Source of the DNA: Candidatus Bipolaricaulia bacterium
GTDB taxonomy: Bacteria; Bipolaricaulota; Bipolaricaulia; JBHIAT01
Length of the DNA: 11,859 bases
NCBI GenBank assembly: GCA_046758705.1
Contig: JBHIAT010000116.1
Location: 1-11,859 of the forward strand
Reading direction: 5' to 3'
The notes under the pieces were generated by a model. The model saw only the letters and a program-made list of their open reading frames with translations, was not told where the DNA came from and did no database searches. Shown here in pieces: positions 6,323 to 11,859 of the stretch. A program made the translations under genes and the position numbers. How positions within the stretch are numbered: position 1 is the first letter of the stretch; the number at the start of each line of letters is the position of its first letter.

Positions 6323-8419
6323 ATGTCCTCGAGCGCCCGCCGAAGACCGGCTACGGGGTTCATCGTCCTGATCATCTTGCTCGGGATCGCCGCGGCGGCC
6401 GTTTACCTGTTCCCACGATGGCAGGCTGAGCGCGAGGCGTCTCGGGGGTTGCATGTCGCGCAGGGGTACTTGGAACAGGGAGCGTTCGAGGACGCCATGA
6501 TCTGGTATGATCGGGTGATTCAAGATTTCCCGGAGAGCCGCGTTGCTGCCCAGGCAACCTTCGAGAACAGTCTCATCCTGGCAGCGGATGTATTCGAGGC
6601 AGAGTCGGAGCTGGGCGTCCGAGCGGATCGGTTGGTGGAACAGGCTGTCGACTATACCGAGTTGGCAGATCAGTATGAATCGGCCGGTGACCTCCTGAAC
6701 ACGGTCTCTGTCAAAGAAGAGGCGCTCAAAGCACGCCTCGAAGCCCTGAGGATCTTGGAGGGGGTGGAGGAAGCCATCGATCGGTTTGCACGCAACTACC
6801 GCTTGGTGAACCAGCGCTATGGAGATTATCTAGAAGCGATCGATCTGCCATCAGGCCTTCCGGATCGAGAATCGTTCCAACAGGTCCTGCTGTGGCTCAG
6901 GGAGGACGGCCAGGCGACAGGGCCGGGTTATCACTTGCTGGCCGGGATGGTATTGGGGCGATCTCCGAAGTTCGTCGATCGGGCGAGAGGGGCGCTCACC
7001 CGAGTTCTAGATCTGACAGCAGGGGACCCGTACAGCCGCGCCCGGTTTGAGGCGAGCCGGGCGCTCGAGACGCTGTCGGACGAGCCAGATCGGCCACTCC
7101 GAGACGAGGAGATGTTGCGGCTGGAGGCGGAGCTGGCGGAGCTGACCGGACGTCGTCATCGGCTCGAAGAAGCTCAACAATTGCGGGAGGAGATTCGAGC
7201 GATCGATGAGCAAATCCGGGTCATTGAGTATCTGGAGGGTCTACAAATCGAGTGGGCCAGGGTTCTAAACGAGCTGGTCTGGGCGCTTCCCTCCGAGATG
7301 AAGGTCGATCGGATCGAGGCGCTGCGGGATGCGACCGGTCCCCGACTCATCGTGGACGGCCGCGGAAGCTCGATCAACCGAATCATCGGAGGGTTCATGG
7401 CCAACCTCGAGCGTTCCGATCTCTTTGAAACCGCTCGTCTACAGGGAGATATCAACGCCGCAGAGAACCGGTTCCCGTTCTCGATCTCTCTGGAGATCGC
7501 GAGCATGACCGATGGGGAATCCGAGCCCGTCTCCGTGAGCACGTCGCTGGATCGGGAGCAACTGGAGACGATGTGGAGCGAAAGACGAGCGATCCTGAGC
7601 CAAAAGGTCGCGTTGATCTCCGGACCATCTCCGGTGGACGTGATCACCGCCTACGGTCAGCAGATCGGTGAGGTGGTGGAAACGGAACTCATTCGAGAAG
7701 AGAGATTCTGGGTGCAGGTCTACCGGCTGTCGATGTCGGGCGATTGGATGGGGGTGCTGCGGTGGATCTACGCGGTCCAGCACGGGGGACGAATGCTCAA
7801 CTTCAGCCGATTGGTGATCGAAAGCGATGTACAGGGCCCTAAGCGATTGACCGTGTCCGCCGATGTCCATTCCTACATCGCCACCGGTGAGGATCGGATT
7901 GGTTTAGGAGAGGTTGCGGAAACCGAGATCGAGTCCACACCCGCACCTGAACCCGACTTCGAACTGGCACTGCAAAACCCGTTCGAGGACTACTTTATCC
8001 CCGAACCAGAGCCGGAGATCGTAGAGGTGCAACGGCCGCCATCGGTGCCGCTGGATGCCGAACTGGACGCCGAGCTTGAGGTTCAGGACGTTCCGCTGAC
8101 TTACCAGCAGGTTCAGCTCAGGGACGAGGAGGAAGCACCGGTCTCTTTGGGGGAGCCGGAGCTGGTTGCCCCAAGCGCGTTGTTGGAACTACCGCCGCTC
8201 ACCCTGCTGAGCCAGGTGACTCGGGACCCCGATCTAGGTTACGACTACAACGGCTATCTCAAGGCGGGTGGGCGGAAGCTGGCGATCATCCTCAAGGGTG
8301 AGGAGGAACTGCTGCTCGGTGAGGGGGATGTCCTGGACGATTACCTGATCGTGACCATCGAGTTCGATCGGATCATCCTGAGACGGGGGGATCGGGAGCA
8401 TATCCTCAAACGAGAGTGA
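6323..8419 (+). CDS. Membrane-anchored TPR protein with PilN-like, PilO-like and PilP/GspC-like domains
   Basis: Single N-terminal TM, TPR-like repeat (A..Y..QG.FEDA..WY.RVI..FP.S), coiled coil, two ferredoxin-like PilN/PilO-type segments, NPF motif, acidic linker, C-terminal beta domain. SD AGGAGG before ATG 6323. The ORF is solid; the domain calls are by eye. Confidence 0.65.
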   Translation: MSSSARRRPATGFIVLIILLGIAAAAVYLFPRWQAEREASRGLHVAQGYLEQGAFEDAMIWYDRVIQDFPESRVAAQATFENSLILAADVFEAESELGVRADRLVEQAVDYTELADQYESAGDLLNTVSVKEEALKARLEALRILEGVEEAIDRFARNYRLVNQRYGDYLEAIDLPSGLPDRESFQQVLLWLREDGQATGPGYHLLAGMVLGRSPKFVDRARGALTRVLDLTAGDPYSRARFEASRALETLSDEPDRPLRDEEMLRLEAELAELTGRRHRLEEAQQLREEIRAIDEQIRVIEYLEGLQIEWARVLNELVWALPSEMKVDRIEALRDATGPRLIVDGRGSSINRIIGGFMANLERSDLFETARLQGDINAAENRFPFSISLEIASMTDGESEPVSVSTSLDREQLETMWSERRAILSQKVALISGPSPVDVITAYGQQIGEVVETELIREERFWVQVYRLSMSGDWMGVLRWIYAVQHGGRMLNFSRLVIESDVQGPKRLTVSADVHSYIATGEDRIGLGEVAETEIESTPAPEPDFELALQNPFEDYFIPEPEPEIVEVQRPPSVPLDAELDAELEVQDVPLTYQQVQLRDEEEAPVSLGEPELVAPSALLELPPLTLLSQVTRDPDLGYDYNGYLKAGGRKLAIILKGEEELLLGEGDVLDDYLIVTIEFDRIILRRGDREHILKRE

Positions 8420-8431
8420 CCATGGTAAGGG

Positions 8432-8461
8432 TTTACAAAGCTCGATTCAACGTGCTACAAT
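8432..8461 (+). promoter_or_regulatory. Candidate extended -10 sigma70 promoter for the fdh gene
   Basis: TTTACA (8432-8437), 18-nt spacer ending TGc, TACAAT (8456-8461); strong SD GGAGG before GTG 8494. Confidence 0.6.
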
Positions 8462-8493
8462 GTGACTGCCTATAAGGGAGGGAGGAAAGAGCG

Positions 8494-10542
8494 GTGTCCG
8501 AAGTGCTAACGACCTGTCCTTATTGCGGTGTCGGCTGTAATTTTTATTTAACGGTTGAGGACGGTCAGGTGACCGGAATGCGACCGAGCAAAGGGCATCC
8601 GGTCAATCAGGGGAGCCTGTGCCCGAAGGGTGCGACCGCTCACTTAATTGTTCACCATCCCGATCGTCTAACGGTTCCGCTGATCCGGGAGAACGGGGGC
8701 TTTCGGGAGGTGACCTGGGATGAGGCTTACGATCGGATCGTCACCGAATTCACCGAGATCCGGGATCGCTACGGTGGCGGTGCGCTGGCTGTGATTGCCT
8801 CGACCCGGGGGACGAACGAGGAGAACTACATCACCCAAAAGTTTGCCCGGGCGATGCTTCAAACAAACAATGTCGAGAACTGCTCGCGCATCTGCCACTC
8901 GGCGACGGCAGCAGCGATGAATCAGGCGTTTGGCACCGGCGCGGGGACCAACTCGATCGAGGACGCACTCAAAGCGAAGCTGATCCTGATCACGGGGGCG
9001 AACCCCGCCGCGGCGCACCCGATTATCTGGAGCAACTTTATCCGCAAGGCGGTCCGGAACGGAACGAAGCTGATCGTGATCGACCCGCGAACGACACAGG
9101 CGGCCAAAGTGGCCGACATCCACCTCCAACTCAAGCCAGGGACGAACATCGCGCTCCTCAATGCGATGGTGCACCACATCATCGAGAAGGATCTAGTCGA
9201 TCACGAGTTCATCGCGTCCCGGACCGAGGGGTTTGAGAAACTTAAGCAGGTGGTGGCCAACTACCCACCGGAGCGAGCCGAGGAGATCACCGGCGTTCCG
9301 GCCGATCGAATCCGCCAAGCCGCCGAGCTTTACGCCACTGTCAAGCCGGCGATGTCGATCCACGGCATCGGGATGACCGAACACCAGAGTGGGGTGGGCA
9401 ACGTCTGGTCGATCGCAAATCTGGCGATGATCACCGGCAACGTTGGCAAAGAAGGATCCGGGGTCAACCCGCTCCGCGGTCAGAACAACGTGCAGGGGGC
9501 CGCCGATATGGGCTCGATCATCGACTACTTCCCCGGTTATCAGGATGCCAAGGATCCTGAGGTTCGGGCCAAGTTCGCGAAGGCGTGGAGCGTTGAGTTG
9601 CCGCCGATCGGATCTGATCCTCTGTGGGATCCGCTTTGGTGTTCGACGATGTGGACGTACGCGATCGACGGACAGTTGCGCGGGATGTATATCATCGGTG
9701 AGAATGTGGTGGTGAGTGAGGGCAACACGAATAAGGTAAAGAAGGCATTGGAAAGTCTCGATTTCCTGGTAGTTCAGGACATCTTCCTGACTGAGACGGC
9801 CGAGCATGCCGACGTCGTGCTGCCCGCGGCAAGCTACGCTGAGAAGGACGGCACCTACACCAACACCGACCGCCGTGTCCAGCGGATCCGCAAAGCGATC
9901 GAACCGATCGGCAACAGCAAATCTGATTGGGAGATCATCTGTGATCTTTCCGAGCAGATGGGTTACCCGATGCGCTATGAGAGCGCGGCTGAAATCATGG
10001 ATGAGATTGCGTCACTCGTCCCCACCTACGCCGGGATCAGCTACGAGCGGCTGGAGGGGTACGGACTCCAGTGGCCGGTGCCCGACCGAAACCATCCGGG
10101 GACGAAGGTGCTCCACGTCGACCGGTTCACCCGAGGGACGGGGATCATCAGGGCAAGCGAGCACATCTCGCCAGCAGAGGAGCCCGACGACGAGTACCCG
10201 ATGGTGCTCACCACCGGCCGGACATTTATGCAGTACAATTCGGGGAGCATGACGCGACGCGTCCCCAACCTGGAGAAAGCCGACTCGGAGAATTTCGTCG
10301 AGTTGAGCCAGGCGGACGCAGAGCGCTACAACGTTGCTCAAGGCAATCTGGTTCGGGTCGCCACCCGACGGGGTTCAGTTGAGGTTAAAGCCAGGATCAT
10401 CGAGATCGCCGAGGGCGTCATCTGGATGCCGTTCCACTTCAACGAGTCACTGACCAATTATCTGACGAATGACGCCGTTGATCCACTCTGTGGCATTACT
10501 GAGCTGAAGGCTTGCGCTGCCAGGATCGAACCAATCGATTAA
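8494..10542 (+). CDS. fdhF: Mo/W-bisPGD formate dehydrogenase alpha subunit (FdhF-like, Cys-type, cytoplasmic)
   Basis: CPYCGVGC...LCPKG [4Fe-4S] motif, TNEENY, NCSRICHS active-site Cys-His, LRGQNNVQG, VVQDIFLTETA..ADVVLPA, EKDGT.TN.DRRVQ, LTTGR, ELKACA. No Tat signal. Confidence 0.92.
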   Translation: MSEVLTTCPYCGVGCNFYLTVEDGQVTGMRPSKGHPVNQGSLCPKGATAHLIVHHPDRLTVPLIRENGGFREVTWDEAYDRIVTEFTEIRDRYGGGALAVIASTRGTNEENYITQKFARAMLQTNNVENCSRICHSATAAAMNQAFGTGAGTNSIEDALKAKLILITGANPAAAHPIIWSNFIRKAVRNGTKLIVIDPRTTQAAKVADIHLQLKPGTNIALLNAMVHHIIEKDLVDHEFIASRTEGFEKLKQVVANYPPERAEEITGVPADRIRQAAELYATVKPAMSIHGIGMTEHQSGVGNVWSIANLAMITGNVGKEGSGVNPLRGQNNVQGAADMGSIIDYFPGYQDAKDPEVRAKFAKAWSVELPPIGSDPLWDPLWCSTMWTYAIDGQLRGMYIIGENVVVSEGNTNKVKKALESLDFLVVQDIFLTETAEHADVVLPAASYAEKDGTYTNTDRRVQRIRKAIEPIGNSKSDWEIICDLSEQMGYPMRYESAAEIMDEIASLVPTYAGISYERLEGYGLQWPVPDRNHPGTKVLHVDRFTRGTGIIRASEHISPAEEPDDEYPMVLTTGRTFMQYNSGSMTRRVPNLEKADSENFVELSQADAERYNVAQGNLVRVATRRGSVEVKARIIEIAEGVIWMPFHFNESLTNYLTNDAVDPLCGITELKACAARIEPID

Positions 10543-11600
10543 GGATCCTACTGCTGCCGTGGCTGTTTCTGATCGCTTCAGTGGTCGGTCAGGCGGCGGT
10601 GCTGCGGGTCCCGGAGTCATTTCTCACCATCCAAGCGGCCATCGATCAGGCCGTCTCTGGCGACGTCATCGAGGTGGATGCCCTGGGAGGGCCGTACCGC
10701 GAGGCGATCTCGATCAACCAACTCGACCTCACCATCCGGGCGGTGAACGGAACTGCGATGATCGATGGCCGGGAGGTCGGTCGCCTGGTTGAATTCGGAG
10801 GCCGAATGGTTCCCATCGTGGTCGAGATCGCCGGCAACGCCATTCGGTTCAGCGGTTTCGAAGTGCGGGGTGACAGAGAACGGGGCGTGGGAATCTTGCT
10901 CAGTGGTACCCACCGTAGTTTTCTGATTGGTAACACCATCCGGGGACATCTGATGGGCGTATTGTTCCATGACACTGAGGGGAGCGTGTTGATGAATAAT
11001 ACCATCGAGAACAACCTCATCGGTGTGATCATGAGGGACGCTCGTGAGAGCGTGGTTCTCGGGAACATGGTTCGGGGGAACGGAGCTGGCCTGTGGATAC
11101 AGCGCTCGGACGAGAATCGGGTGGTGAGGAACACGATCGAGGAGAACGGCAACTTCGCAATCTTCCTGACGGAATCGAACTATAACACGATGGAGGGCAA
11201 CTCGATTCGGAAGAATCAGGCGGGCATCGGGTTGGTCTTCTCGATCGGGAATAGTGCGCAAGCCAACCGGATCGAGGAGAACGGCTCGGGGATCCGGTTG
11301 CTGGAATCTCAGGGAAACGCCATCCATAGGAACACCATCGCTGAGAACCAGGTGGGGATCGATATGGAATCGTCCGGGTGGGACAACCTGGTTCGTTGGA
11401 ATAACATCGTCGACAACGAGCAATTTGGCGTTCACAACGTGACTGGGATGGCGGATGTGACGGAGAATTGGTGGGGAGATCCCTCAGGGCCGAGTGGCGA
11501 AGGGTTAGGGCTAGGGGATCCTGTCTCGACCCAGGTTGAGTTCGGAAGTTGGCTGAAGGCGCCGATCGAGATCGCCGAATTCGAACAGGTGGAGGAGTGA
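10512..11600 (+). CDS. Secreted right-handed parallel beta-helix (NosD/pectin-lyase-like) protein
   Basis: Signal-like N-terminus, VP....TIQAAID.A..GD.I.V, about 22-aa repeats (GI.L..S..N.I..N.I..N), C-terminal NWWGDPSGP. Start codon uncertain; TTG 10512 overlaps the fdh end by 31 nt. Confidence 0.82.
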   Translation: MRCQDRTNRLRILLLPWLFLIASVVGQAAVLRVPESFLTIQAAIDQAVSGDVIEVDALGGPYREAISINQLDLTIRAVNGTAMIDGREVGRLVEFGGRMVPIVVEIAGNAIRFSGFEVRGDRERGVGILLSGTHRSFLIGNTIRGHLMGVLFHDTEGSVLMNNTIENNLIGVIMRDARESVVLGNMVRGNGAGLWIQRSDENRVVRNTIEENGNFAIFLTESNYNTMEGNSIRKNQAGIGLVFSIGNSAQANRIEENGSGIRLLESQGNAIHRNTIAENQVGIDMESSGWDNLVRWNNIVDNEQFGVHNVTGMADVTENWWGDPSGPSGEGLGLGDPVSTQVEFGSWLKAPIEIAEFEQVEE

Positions 11601-11622
11601 GGATTAAGAGAAGGGGATCGTT

Positions 11623-11859
11623 ATGGTTGAACTGTTGGCAGGAAGTGACACGAAGGCGTTTGTGAACGGATTAATTCACGAGGGGACGCAAGTCCAGGAA
11701 GGGAGCATACTGTTGAGTGTGGCGACCGTCTCCATACTTCAGACGAGGGCTGAGTTCGACTTCGGCGGGAGCGAGTATCGGACTGCACAGCAGGAGAAGA
11801 TCGCGCCCGAGAAGCGCTCCCCCGATGACCGATATGGCTGGTGGTCGCTGGAGCCGGGG
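11623..11859 (+). CDS. dUTPase/dCTP deaminase-like protein, partial (runs off the window end)
   Basis: Not in the ORF track. My translation: MVELLAGSDTKAFVNGLIHEGTQVQEGSILLSVATVSILQTRAEFDFGGSEYRTAQQEKIAPEKRSPDDRYGWWSLEPG. Purine-rich SD AAGGGG upstream. The H..TQ, DFGGSE and YGWW.L..G pattern matches a short trimeric-dUTPase-fold family as I recall it. Confidence 0.7.
   Translation, partial: MVELLAGSDTKAFVNGLIHEGTQVQEGSILLSVATVSILQTRAEFDFGGSEYRTAQQEKIAPEKRSPDDRYGWWSLEPG

Noticed and set aside
8051-8074. 12-nt duplication encoding LDAE-LDAE
   Set aside because: Two imperfect copies in a low-complexity linker; no sign of function.
8881-8960. Selenocysteine recoding/SECIS in fdh
   Set aside because: The active-site codon is TGC (Cys) and there is no in-frame TGA.
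10512-11600. True nosD (nitrous oxide reductase maturation)
   Set aside because: No nosZ/F/Y nearby; only the generic beta-helix repeat is supported.

Overview
A GC-rich (roughly 60%), gene-dense bacterial chromosomal window with no mobile element or CRISPR array. From left to right: an orphan BMP/PnrA-type solute-binding protein; tRNA-Gln(CTG) and tRNA-Glu(CTC), separated by an AT-rich 37-bp hairpin built from 8-nt tandem repeats; lspA-tmk-dnaN; on the minus strand, an S1 RNA-binding protein and uppP; a divergent two-gene unit; a stand-alone Cys-type FdhF-like formate dehydrogenase alpha subunit; a secreted NosD-like beta-helix protein; and the 5' part of a dUTPase/dCTP-deaminase-like gene. 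The two-gene unit (5317-8419) is the most interesting part. It encodes a GAF-like + catalytically degenerate GGDEF protein (QASEF, intact RxxD I-site) and a membrane-anchored protein that appears to fuse TPR, PilN-like, PilO-like and PilP/GspC-like domains in one chain. This could be a c-di-GMP receptor paired with a single-chain type IV pilus/T2SS alignment complex. All domain calls are from motif recognition by eye; no searches were run.
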